Positions 28,398 to 37,042 of a stretch of DNA of 64,000 nucleotides are shown here, piece by piece. A program made the position numbers and the translations under genes. The first letter of the stretch is position 1; each line of letters begins with the position of its first letter. The notes beneath the pieces were generated by a model. The model was not told the origin of the DNA. It saw nothing but the letters and a program-made list of their open reading frames with translations, and did no database searches. Origin of the DNA: Propionibacteriales bacterium (GTDB taxonomy: Bacteria > Actinomycetota > Actinomycetes > Propionibacteriales > Nocardioidaceae); the NCBI GenBank assembly GCA_038259225.1, contig JBBSPA010000009.1, forward strand, positions 51 to 64,050, written 5' to 3'.

Positions 28398-30155
28398 ATG
28401 AGCGCGTCCCCGACGGTCCCTCGAAGCCTCACGCAGATGCTGCGTGAGCGCGAGGACCGCGTGCTCATCCAGAGGCTGCTCGATCGGCCGGACCTGGCGT
28501 TCCCGCCACCGACTGTGTTGAGTGATGTCGCGTCTCGAGCCACGACACGGCACTCGGTGACCGACGCCCTCGCCGGGCTCGACACGTTCGAGCTCTGGGT
28601 GGCGACGCTGACGGTCTCGATGGCGGCGCCGTTCGCGGTTGAGGAGTTGCCTGCCGAGGGAGCTGACCCGACCGCTGTGCGCATCGCCATCCGTCGACTC
28701 GTCGAGCTCGGTCTGCTGTGGGGCGATCCACAGGACCTGACGGCCCTGCGACCGGTCCGCGCCCTGGCCTCGTTGCTCGAGGACACTCCTGCCGGGCCGG
28801 CCCCCGCGTCGGAGCCTCCCGAGCTCGCGTTCGAGGAACGGTCGACGACTCTCGTGGAGAAAGTTGCCGCCGGCTCGGCCTTCGAGCTCGTACGCCGGAT
28901 GGGCGTCTTGCTCGAGCACTGCGACCACCGTCCACTACCGCTGCGCCGCGACGGTCAGCTCTCGACGCGCGAGGTGCGCGCCTTCGCCACCTTGCTCGAC
29001 GTCCCCGCAGCGACGGCGACCACGTTGTTCGAGCTGGCGACCCTAGCCGGCCTGGTCGGTCCCGGGAGCGTCGGCAACCACGAGGTGCTGATCCCGACCC
29101 GGGCCTTCGACGACTGGCAAACGCTGTCACTGGCCGGCCAGTGGGCGGTGCTCGTGCAGACGTGGCGGGACCGGCATTCCGAGAGCGGTGCGCCCCGGCT
29201 CAAGCAGCTGGTCCTGGACGCGTTCGGGGATCCCGAGGAGGGGCACGTCGTGAGCCCGGACGACGTACGCCGTTGGGTGGCTTGGCATCGGCCGCGTCGC
29301 CCCCTACGGAGCGACAAGATCGTCTCGACCATGCTCGAGCAGGCCTCCTGGCTCGGGATCACCGGGATGGGTGCGCTGGCCACGTTCGCCATTGACGTCA
29401 ATCTGGTCCGACTCGGCGCTCTGCTGCCCCCGTGCGTGGAGCACGTGCTGATCCAAGCCGACCTGACTGCCGTCGCGCCCGGCCCGCTCACGCCCGATGC
29501 CGCCCACGACCTGGGCCTGCTGGCCGACGTCGAGTCGCGAGGCGGCGCGACCGTCTACCGGATCAGTCCCGAGTCGCTGAGTCGGGCGCATGTTCTCGGC
29601 TGGAGCTCGTCGGAGATCCTCGGCACGTTGGAGCGACGCTCGAGCACGCCGCTCCCGCAAGCGCTGGAGTACCTCATCCGCGACCTCGAGCGGGGCACCG
29701 CCCAACCTGTGAACGGCGAGGCTGTCCGCGCGGACCGGCACCGCGAACCTCAGCGCGGAACCCCGGTCTCGTTCGATGACCTGACAGCCGTCGACCGACT
29801 CGATCCCGAGCAGGCGACCGACCTCGTCGCGGCCCTGCGTCAAGCCGGTGAGGTGCGTCGCGTCGGGCTGCCCGGCAACGGCGCTGCCGGCCAGCAAGGT
29901 GCGGGTGAGGCCTTGTTCGACTCTCCACTGGCGACCTTGCGCGAGGCGGTCGAGACCGGCGAGATCGTCTGGGTCGGCTACGTCGATCCGATCGGGGCGC
30001 GCACTGAACGCCTGGTGCGAGCGAGGCGGCTCGATGACGGGGTGCTGCGCGCACGCGACACCCGTTCGGACGCGGACTTCGCCGTCGCCGTGCACCGGAT
30101 CACCGCCGCGCACATCATCCGGACCGATGGCGGGTCCGCGGCCACGACTTCATGA
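28398..30155 (+). CDS. Helicase-associated protein, partner of bacterial XPB (Rv0862c-like)
   Basis: The 585-aa ORF has no enzymatic motif that I recognise. The call rests on its conserved position upstream of the XPB/ercc3 helicase, as in mycobacteria. Confidence 0.65.
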   Translation: MSASPTVPRSLTQMLREREDRVLIQRLLDRPDLAFPPPTVLSDVASRATTRHSVTDALAGLDTFELWVATLTVSMAAPFAVEELPAEGADPTAVRIAIRRLVELGLLWGDPQDLTALRPVRALASLLEDTPAGPAPASEPPELAFEERSTTLVEKVAAGSAFELVRRMGVLLEHCDHRPLPLRRDGQLSTREVRAFATLLDVPAATATTLFELATLAGLVGPGSVGNHEVLIPTRAFDDWQTLSLAGQWAVLVQTWRDRHSESGAPRLKQLVLDAFGDPEEGHVVSPDDVRRWVAWHRPRRPLRSDKIVSTMLEQASWLGITGMGALATFAIDVNLVRLGALLPPCVEHVLIQADLTAVAPGPLTPDAAHDLGLLADVESRGGATVYRISPESLSRAHVLGWSSSEILGTLERRSSTPLPQALEYLIRDLERGTAQPVNGEAVRADRHREPQRGTPVSFDDLTAVDRLDPEQATDLVAALRQAGEVRRVGLPGNGAAGQQGAGEALFDSPLATLREAVETGEIVWVGYVDPIGARTERLVRARRLDDGVLRARDTRSDADFAVAVHRITAAHIIRTDGGSAATTS

Positions 30156-30279
30156 CCGGCTCGACGACCCGGCCGAGCCTCGCCGAGGCTGCCGAGCGGC
30201 GTGTGCACGGTCAGCAGTAAGGCCTTCGGGACAACTTGGGCATTACCCGATTCACGGTTCGAGCGCCTACCATGACTGG

Positions 30280-30804
30280 GTGGACTTCGTTCGCTACGCC
30301 GACTTCGCGGCTGGCCTCGTCAACGTACCGTTGGAGAGTCAGCACGATCTCGGCGACTATCTCGAGCGACGCCAGTGGCTGCTGCGCCGGATCGAAGAAC
30401 GTGACGTCGCACCGCTGCGGCGGCTGCGCCGTGAGCTGCGCGCGATCTTCGAAGCGTCCGACGCAGGCAGCGAGGAGGATGTGGTGGCGTTGGTCAACGC
30501 GCTGCTGTCGAAGTACCCGGTCTCGCCTCACATCGCCGGCCACGACTCCCAGTCGTGGCACCTCCACGTTGCTGAGCGGGGCTCGAGCGTCGCAGCCCTG
30601 ATCACCGCCGAGTGCATCATGGGTCTGGCGATGCTCGTCGTCGACTTCGGCCCGACCCGGCTGGGAGTGTGTTCGGCCGACAAGTGCGACAACGTCTTCG
30701 TCGACACCTCCCCCAACCAGTCCCGCCGCTACTGCTCGGACCGGTGCTCGTCACGAGCCAACGTCGCGGCGTACCGAGCCCGTCGCAGGGCCGAGGCCGG
30801 CTGA
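30280..30804 (+). CDS. CGNR zinc-finger (ABATE-domain) putative nucleic-acid-binding protein
   Basis: The C-terminus (LGVCSADKCDNVFVDTSPNQSRRYCSDRCSSRANVAAYRARRR) is the CGNR zinc-finger signature. The GTG start at 30280 is inferred and uncertain. Confidence 0.8.
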   Translation: MDFVRYADFAAGLVNVPLESQHDLGDYLERRQWLLRRIEERDVAPLRRLRRELRAIFEASDAGSEEDVVALVNALLSKYPVSPHIAGHDSQSWHLHVAERGSSVAALITAECIMGLAMLVVDFGPTRLGVCSADKCDNVFVDTSPNQSRRYCSDRCSSRANVAAYRARRRAEAG

Positions 30805-30862
30805 CGTCGTTCCCGACCCGCACCGCCGCGCACCACCCGACCTCACCTGGAGACACCACCGC

Positions 30863-32503
30863 ATGACCGACGGTCCCCTGATCGTGCAGTCCGACAAGAC
30901 CCTGCTGCTCGAGGTCGATCACCCCAAGGCCAAGGAGTGCCGCCGGGTGATCGCGGCGTTCGCCGAGCTCGAGCGCTCACCGGAGCACATCCACACCTAC
31001 CGACTGACGCCGCTCGGGCTGTGGAACGCGCGTGCGGCCGGCCATGACGCCGAGCAGGTGGTCGACGCGCTCCTGACGTTCTCCCGCTACCCGGTCCCGA
31101 ACTCCCTGCTGGTCGACGTTGCGGAGACGATGGGTCGCTACGGGAGACTGCGCCTGGACAAGCACCCGACACACGGCCTGGTGCTCTCCGGAACCGACCT
31201 CGCGGTCTTCGAGGAGGTGCTGCGCGCTAGGCGGGTCTCTCCGATGCTGGGGGCTCGGATCGCCGACGACGCGGTGGTGGTCCACTCCTCCGAACGCGGG
31301 AACCTCAAGCAGGTCCTGCTCAAGCTCGGCTGGCCCGCGGAGGACCTGGCCGGGTACGTCGACGGCGAGGCGCACCCGATGGCGCTGGCCGAGGAGGGCT
31401 GGTCGTTGCGGCCCTATCAACGCGACGCGGTCGAGTCCTTGTGGGCCGGTGGCTCGGGTGTCGTCGTGCTGCCGTGTGGCGCGGGCAAGACGCTGGTCGG
31501 CGCTGCCACGATGGCTCAGGCGCAGGCGACCACGCTGATCCTCGTCACAAACACCGTGTCGGCCCGGCAGTGGAAGGACGAGCTCGTCCGGCGTACGTCG
31601 CTGACACCCGACGAGATCGGCGAGTACTCCGGAGCGGTGAAGGAGATCCGTCCGGTGACGATCGCGACGTACCAAGTGATGACGACCCGCCGTAAAGGGG
31701 TGTACGCACACCTGGAGCTGTTCGAAGCGCGCGACTGGGGACTGGTGATCTACGACGAGGTGCATCTGCTCCCCGCGCCGATCTTCCGGATGACGGCCGA
31801 TCTCCAGGCCCGCCGCCGGATCGGCCTGACAGCCACGCTGATCCGCGAGGACGGCCGCGAGGGGGACGTCTTCTCGCTGATCGGACCGAAGCGGTTCGAC
31901 GCTCCGTGGAAGGACATCGAGGCGCAGGGCTACATCGCGCCCGCGGAGTGTGTCGAGGTCCGAGTGGACCTGACCGACAGCGAACGCTTCGTCTACGGGA
32001 CCGCCGAGCCAGAGGACAGGTACCGTCTGGCGGCGGCCTGTGACAGCAAGCGGCATGTCGTCGACACCCTGATCGCTCAGCACCGTGAGGAGCCGACGCT
32101 GGTCATCGGCCAGTACATCGACCAGCTCGACGAGCTCGCCGAGCACCTGGAGGCGCCGCTGATCAAGGGCGAGACGACGGTCAAGGAGCGGGAGCGGTTG
32201 TACGCCGCGTTCCGAGCCGGGGAGATCTCCTTGCTGGTCGTCAGCAAGGTCGCGAACTTCTCGATCGACCTGCCGGATGCCACGGTCGCGATCCAGGTCT
32301 CGGGGACGTTCGGTTCTCGTCAGGAGGAGGCGCAGCGGCTCGGACGGCTGCTGCGTCCCAAGGGGGACGGCCGGTCGGCCCGGTTCTACAGCGTGGTCGC
32401 CCGGGACACGGTCGACGCGGAGTTCGCCCAGCACCGGCAGCGCTTCCTGGCCGAGCAGGGCTACTCGTACACGATCGTCGACGCCGACGCGCTGCCTCGC
32501 TGA
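30863..32503 (+). CDS. xpb: DNA repair helicase XPB/ERCC3 homologue (SF2, 3'-5')
   Basis: The 546-aa ORF has the damage-recognition-like N-terminus (LIVQSDKTLLLEVDHP), Walker A (LPCGAGKT), the DEVH box (VIYDEVHLL) and the RED-like motif (TLIREDGREGD). Confidence 0.9.
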   Translation: MTDGPLIVQSDKTLLLEVDHPKAKECRRVIAAFAELERSPEHIHTYRLTPLGLWNARAAGHDAEQVVDALLTFSRYPVPNSLLVDVAETMGRYGRLRLDKHPTHGLVLSGTDLAVFEEVLRARRVSPMLGARIADDAVVVHSSERGNLKQVLLKLGWPAEDLAGYVDGEAHPMALAEEGWSLRPYQRDAVESLWAGGSGVVVLPCGAGKTLVGAATMAQAQATTLILVTNTVSARQWKDELVRRTSLTPDEIGEYSGAVKEIRPVTIATYQVMTTRRKGVYAHLELFEARDWGLVIYDEVHLLPAPIFRMTADLQARRRIGLTATLIREDGREGDVFSLIGPKRFDAPWKDIEAQGYIAPAECVEVRVDLTDSERFVYGTAEPEDRYRLAAACDSKRHVVDTLIAQHREEPTLVIGQYIDQLDELAEHLEAPLIKGETTVKERERLYAAFRAGEISLLVVSKVANFSIDLPDATVAIQVSGTFGSRQEEAQRLGRLLRPKGDGRSARFYSVVARDTVDAEFAQHRQRFLAEQGYSYTIVDADALPR

Positions 32504-32578
32504 CCAGACACCTCCCGTCCCCCGAAACAGGGGGCGCCGCCGCCCACAACGCTGGATCCCAGGTGTCCGGATGCCGGT

Positions 32579-33580
32579 TTACTCGACGAAGACGCGCTCG
32601 TCGACGAGCTGCTCGGTGACCCGGCTTCCCTCGCTCTCGAAGCGCCCCTGGTTGAAACGCTTGCGGAACTCCAGCTCGATCTTGTCGATCCCGTTTCGGT
32701 TCTTCTCGATCGTGACGACGGCGAAGTCGCGGAACCGGTCGGCGTTGCGGGTGTCGTAGACCAGGTGGTGACGGGCCACGACGTCGTACTTCTCGTTCAT
32801 GATCAGCACGGTGTCGGCCTCGTACGCCAACGCCGAGGAGCCGCGCATGTGCTGGGTACGCATCCGCTTGCCGGAGGTGACGCCGGTCTTGTCGGCCGCC
32901 ACGATCGCCAGGATCGGTACGTCGATCTCCATCGCGAAGTCCTTGAGCCCCTCGACGACCTCGGTGATCTTGTCGTCCTCGGTCCCGGCATTGCCGGGCG
33001 CCTTCACCTTCTGCAGGTAGTCCACCACGATGAACGGTAGCTGCCCGGTCTGCGTCCGTACCGCGTCGACGGTCTCCCGGACGGTCTCCATGGTCGTGTG
33101 GTTGCCGCTCGAGCGGTGCAGGAGCAGTCGGTCGGAGTACGTCGAGATCGCCTTGATCGCCTCGACGCCTCCCGTACTGTCCCGGAGCCGGCTTGCCAGG
33201 TCTCCACGCCGTCCGTCGGTTGCCTCGAAAGCGCGTCGGATCCGGTCCAGACCTACCGCGGGGATGCCGGCGAACTCACCGGCCTCGATCGCGACGAGGC
33301 GCTCCAGCATGGTTTGCGGGTCGTGCTCGAAGGAGAAGTAGACGACCGAGCGGCCGGACTGCGCGACGTACCTCAGGATCTGCAGCGCGAACGTCGTCTT
33401 GCCCAGACCTTGCGGCCCGGTCAGCAAGATCAGGTCGCCGGAGCGGAAGCCGCCGGCCAGGTGGTCGTCGAGGATGGAGAAGCCGGTAGGCCAGACCCGG
33501 GCAGCCGCGTGCGAGCCACCCTTGAGTCGGTTGTCCGCCTCCTCGAGTACGCCGGCGAGGGACTGAAGCTGAGAGTTCAC
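32579..33580 (-). CDS. DnaB C-terminal-domain-only RecA-fold ATPase (no N-terminal helicase domain)
   Basis: The 333-aa ORF contains PTGFSILDDHLAGGFRSGDLILLTGPQGLGKTTFALQ (Walker A), FIVVDYLQK (Walker B), ADTVLIMNEKYD and VTIEKNRNG. It is collinear with the DnaB RecA-like domain. Confidence 0.8.
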   Translation of the reverse strand: MNSQLQSLAGVLEEADNRLKGGSHAAARVWPTGFSILDDHLAGGFRSGDLILLTGPQGLGKTTFALQILRYVAQSGRSVVYFSFEHDPQTMLERLVAIEAGEFAGIPAVGLDRIRRAFEATDGRRGDLASRLRDSTGGVEAIKAISTYSDRLLLHRSSGNHTTMETVRETVDAVRTQTGQLPFIVVDYLQKVKAPGNAGTEDDKITEVVEGLKDFAMEIDVPILAIVAADKTGVTSGKRMRTQHMRGSSALAYEADTVLIMNEKYDVVARHHLVYDTRNADRFRDFAVVTIEKNRNGIDKIELEFRKRFNQGRFESEGSRVTEQLVDERVFVE

Positions 33581-33700
33581 GTGATCATTGCATCACGCAG
33601 CGTGTGGGCTGGTACGCCCTTCGCCGCAGGATCAGCCAATCGGTTGAGGGACCGGCCGGTCCGGCTCGGACCGGCCTGCCGCAGCCCCCGCCTCCCCGCC

Positions 33701-33769
33701 CCCACGAATTGCGGGAAGGTGCAGGTCCGTGACGGCGTGTCGCCCTGAGCTTTCCCGCAATTCACGGGG
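33701..33769. repeat. Family A 69-nt hairpin repeat, copy 2
   Basis: The sequence is CCCACGAATTGCGGGAAGGTGCAGG...GCTTTCCCGCAATTCACGGGG. It has the same length and layout as 7851-7919, with extended C-rich and G-rich complementary flanks. It lies in the DnaB-like/helD divergent intergenic region. Confidence 0.85.
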
Positions 33770-33825
33770 TTGAGGGGGTGGGAGCGAGGGGCTGAGGGTG
33801 TAAAAGGCGTCGTGCGGGCGACGAG

Positions 33826-35874
33826 GTGCTTGCTACGATCCGGCCAGTGAACAATGAGATCTCGCGCGAAGAGGCACATCTGCAGCAGTCGCGAGAGGCG
33901 CTCCACCGGATGCGCGATCGCACCGCCTCGATGACGGCGATGAGTGGCGACCGAGTCAGCGGTGAGTACCTGAAGTTCACCCTCTGGAAGCGGATGAAAG
34001 CGCTCGAGGACGACCCCACGATCCCGTTGTTCTTCGGACGGCTCGACTACGGCGACGCCGCCGCGACCACGCTCGACAGTGTCGGCAAGCCTGGTGAGCG
34101 CTTCTACATCGGCCGCCGCCACGTCACCAACGAGCGTGGCGATCCGCTGGTCGTGGACTGGCGCGCGCCGATCTCCCGGCCGTTCTACCGCGCCAGCAAG
34201 GCGACCGCGATGGGCGTCCGGCTGCGCCGGCGGTTCGGCTTCCACCTCGGGGCGGTGACGGCGTACGAGGATGAGGCCCTGAGCGAGGGAGGAGCCACGC
34301 CGGCCGCGCAGCACAGCGCGATCCTCGAGGCGGAGATCGAGCGGCCACGCACCGGACCGATGCGTGACATCGTGGCCACCATCCAACCCGAACAGGACGA
34401 CATCGTGCGTTCGGAGCTTGCCACGACTGTCTGCGTCCAGGGGGCACCGGGGACCGGGAAGACCGCCGTCGGGCTGCACCGGGCGGCTTACCTGCTGTAC
34501 GCGCATCGCGACCAGCTCAGCCGGCAGGGTGTGCTGGTGGTAGGACCGAACGCGTCGTTTCTGCGTTACATCGCCGACGTGTTGCCCGCGCTCGGTGAGA
34601 TCGACGCCAAGCAGACGACGGTCGAGGAACTGGTCGCCCACGTCCCGGTCAGGTCGACCGACACCCTGGCCGTGGCCCTGCTCAAGGGCGACGCGCGGAT
34701 GGCCCAGGTGCTCGAACGGGCGCTCTGGTCGCTGCTCACGCCCGCGTCGGAAGGTCTGGTCGTCCCGATGGGCGCACGGCGGTGGCGGGTGCCGGCGTAC
34801 GAGGCCGACGAGATCGTGGCCGAGCTGCGACGACGAGGAGTTCGGTACGGCGCGGGGCGCGCGATGCTGCCACAGCGGCTCGCCCACGCCATCCTCGTCA
34901 AGATGGAGCTCTCCGGCGACTCCCCCGATGACCGGGTGCAGAATGCCGTCGCGCGCAGCAAACCAGTCAAGGCGATGACAGAGGCGCTCTGGCCGGCGAC
35001 GGATCCGAAGCGGATGGTGATGCGCGTGCTCGGCGACCCCGGCTTCCTCGCCGCTGCGGCCGACGGGATTCTCGCGGCCGATGAGCAGGAGGCGGTGCTG
35101 TGGCCGAAGCCGCCGAAAGGGCCGGCCTCCGCGCGGTGGTCGCTGCACGACGCGGTGCTCGTCGACGAGGTGTCCGATCTGCTGGACCGTACGCCGAGCC
35201 TCGGCCATGTGGTGCTCGACGAGGCGCAGGACCTGTCGCCGATGATGCTCCGATCGATCGGGCGGAAGTGCTCGACCGGATCGGCCACAATTCTGGGCGA
35301 CCTGGCCCAGGCCACCACCCCGTGGTCGGTGTCGACGTGGGACATCGCGCTGACCCACCTGGGCAAGCCTTCGGCGCATCTGGAGGAGCTGACCTTGGGC
35401 TTCCGGGTGCCCGGTGACGTGATCGAGTACGCCGCCGGGCTGCTGCCGGCGATCGCCCCGACGTTGACCAAGCCGACGTCGGTACGCCGGACGCGCGGCG
35501 AGCTCGAGATCCGTCTCTCGGGCGACCTGCTCGGCGATGCGGTCGACGTGGTGCGCGGTCTCCACGACCAGGTCGGGTCGATCGGGCTGATCGTTCCCGA
35601 CGCCTTCAGCGACCTGGCGAACGAGGCGCTGACGACGGCCGGGCTGGAGCACTCCGTACTCGGCCGTGACGACGACATCGAGGCCCGGGTCGACGTCGTC
35701 CCCGCGTCTTTGGTGAAGGGTCTCGAGTTCGACCACGTCGTGCTGGTGGAGCCTGCTGACATCGCCGCGGCGGAGGCCGACGCGGTCACCGGACTACGCC
35801 GCCTCTACGTCTGCCTCACTCGAGCCGTCACGTCGCTCGTCGTACTGCACACCAAGCCCATCCCCCGCGGCTGA
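33826..35874 (+). CDS. helD: HelD-type (helicase IV-like, RNAP-associated) SF1 ATPase
   Basis: The 682-aa ORF contains ERFYIGRRHVTNERGDPLVVDWRAPISRPFYRA (HelD N-terminal signature), Walker A (VQGAPGTGKT), VLDEAQDL and a C-terminal UvrD_C-like motif (VKGLEFDHVVLV). The start is either GTG 33826 or GTG 33847. Confidence 0.85.
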   Translation: MLATIRPVNNEISREEAHLQQSREALHRMRDRTASMTAMSGDRVSGEYLKFTLWKRMKALEDDPTIPLFFGRLDYGDAAATTLDSVGKPGERFYIGRRHVTNERGDPLVVDWRAPISRPFYRASKATAMGVRLRRRFGFHLGAVTAYEDEALSEGGATPAAQHSAILEAEIERPRTGPMRDIVATIQPEQDDIVRSELATTVCVQGAPGTGKTAVGLHRAAYLLYAHRDQLSRQGVLVVGPNASFLRYIADVLPALGEIDAKQTTVEELVAHVPVRSTDTLAVALLKGDARMAQVLERALWSLLTPASEGLVVPMGARRWRVPAYEADEIVAELRRRGVRYGAGRAMLPQRLAHAILVKMELSGDSPDDRVQNAVARSKPVKAMTEALWPATDPKRMVMRVLGDPGFLAAAADGILAADEQEAVLWPKPPKGPASARWSLHDAVLVDEVSDLLDRTPSLGHVVLDEAQDLSPMMLRSIGRKCSTGSATILGDLAQATTPWSVSTWDIALTHLGKPSAHLEELTLGFRVPGDVIEYAAGLLPAIAPTLTKPTSVRRTRGELEIRLSGDLLGDAVDVVRGLHDQVGSIGLIVPDAFSDLANEALTTAGLEHSVLGRDDDIEARVDVVPASLVKGLEFDHVVLVEPADIAAAEADAVTGLRRLYVCLTRAVTSLVVLHTKPIPRG

Positions 35875-35954
35875 CGTCTGCCGCCGGCCCAGCCCAGCAC
35901 GGTCCGCCCAGCTCAGCCCAGCCCGACCCGCCGCCACCCTCCCTCGTCCCCGTT

Positions 35955-36046
35955 GGGGTTTGCCTAGATAACAAGCCGGATGGCTTGTCAAGTAGGCAGG
36001 TCTGCCTAGTGGACAAGCCATCCGAATAATTAACAAGGCAAACCCC
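35955..36046. repeat. Family B repeat, copy 2 (head-to-tail dimer)
   Basis: The first unit is GGTTTGCCTAGATAACAAGCC GGAT GGCTTGTCAAGTAGGCAGG. The second unit is TCTGCCTAGTGGACAAGCC ATCC GAATAATTAACAAGGCAAACC. It lies in the convergent helD/scramblase intergenic region. Confidence 0.85.
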
Positions 36047-36150
36047 GCGAGGCCGGGCAAAGCCCGCGAGGCCGGGCAAAGCCCGAGAGGCCGGGCAAAG
36101 CCCGAGAGGCCGGGCAGACCCGAGACGGCGGTCAAACCCCAAGACGCCGG
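36043..36150. repeat. 19-nt minisatellite (GCCCGMGAGGCCGGGCAAA)x~5.5
   Basis: Four near-identical 19-nt units plus two degenerate units directly abut family B copy 2. Confidence 0.9.
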
Positions 36151-36175
36151 GTGACGGGGCTTCAGGCGAATCGGG

Positions 36176-37021
36176 TCAGCCGAAGAGGCCGGCGTTGACG
36201 CCGCGGGCGTCCTGCTTGAGGGCGGTGTCGATCCCGAAGGCCGAGGCCAACACGATGCTGTGCAGCGGCTGCGGCAGTGGCTCGTGAATCTGGACGACAT
36301 AGTTGTCGGCCTGGGTGAACATCGTCTTCGCCAGGCCCTCCCAGGTCTTGGTGATCCGGGCGATCTCACGGCCGGTCGTGTCCTGGATGTTCCAGTTCCA
36401 GGCCCGCCAGTTCTCGCCGTTGAGCATGCCGACCCGCTGACCGCCGGACTCGAGCGCGAAACGGATCTTCCCGATCACGTTCTGCTGAACGATCTGGCCG
36501 AGCTCCTGCCCGTCGCCGCCCTCGACGATGATTCTCGACTTGATGAACTTGCGCGGCCGGGTGAGCGCGAGCACGACCTGGCCCTGCGCATCCACCACCT
36601 GGAACTTGTGGGTGAAGAACTGGTCGACGTTGGCGACGAAGCGCACCACCTTCTTCGCCGTGCTCTGGCCGACCTGGCGCACCGCGCCGATCTGCTGGCC
36701 CTGCTGGTCGTAGATCGCGAATTCCTGGTTGATCTCGATCAGCTTCGCCTTCTGGTTGACCACCAGGACCGGCTCGCTGAACAGAGTGCCACCTCCTTGC
36801 GCGGCGCCGGCCTTCACACCCGCGCGCTGCACGTCACGCTGGACCTTCTCGGTCCTGCGGTTCACGGTCGGCATACGGCCCGAACCACCGGGCGGGTCCA
36901 CGGCCTGCCGACCGTGGCTGGCGACGTGCTCGGTCCAGTTCTGACCGTCGTAGTAGCGGTGCTCGTGACGCCCCCACGGGTCGGGGTACCAGTCGGGTGC
37001 GTAGCCCGTTGTCTCACTCAT
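36176..37021 (-). CDS. Phospholipid-scramblase-family (PLSCR-like) protein with N-terminal DUF2510-like segment
   Basis: The 281-aa ORF begins APDWYPDPWGRHEHRYYDGQNWTEHV. The beta-barrel-type body (FAIYDQQGQQIG..FQVVDAQGQVVLALTRPRKFIKSRIIV..WNWNIQDTTGREIARI) is characteristic of scramblase/LOR superfamily proteins. Confidence 0.7.
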   Translation of the reverse strand: MSETTGYAPDWYPDPWGRHEHRYYDGQNWTEHVASHGRQAVDPPGGSGRMPTVNRRTEKVQRDVQRAGVKAGAAQGGGTLFSEPVLVVNQKAKLIEINQEFAIYDQQGQQIGAVRQVGQSTAKKVVRFVANVDQFFTHKFQVVDAQGQVVLALTRPRKFIKSRIIVEGGDGQELGQIVQQNVIGKIRFALESGGQRVGMLNGENWRAWNWNIQDTTGREIARITKTWEGLAKTMFTQADNYVVQIHEPLPQPLHSIVLASAFGIDTALKQDARGVNAGLFG

Positions 37022-37042
37022 GGCGAGACTCTAACTCTCGGG

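Noticed and set aside
33581-33825. Rifamycin-associated element (RAE) upstream of helD, as described for HelR-type genes
   Set aside because: I cannot recall the RAE consensus reliably enough to call it. The only conspicuous inverted repeat here is the family A element, which also occurs at an unrelated locus (7851-7919). This should be checked with the published RAE motif.
33577-35736. 719-aa minus-strand ORF antisense to helD
   Set aside because: The opposite strand encodes a protein with clear HelD and SF1 motifs. The antisense translation is low-complexity Arg/Gly/Pro/His-rich sequence.
35794-36369. 191-aa and 104-aa minus-strand ORFs in the helD/scramblase gap, and similar ORFs over 53826-53954
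   Set aside because: They are translations of the family B palindromes and the 19-nt minisatellite (repeating ...ASRALPGLAGFA...). They have no start context or coding-like composition.
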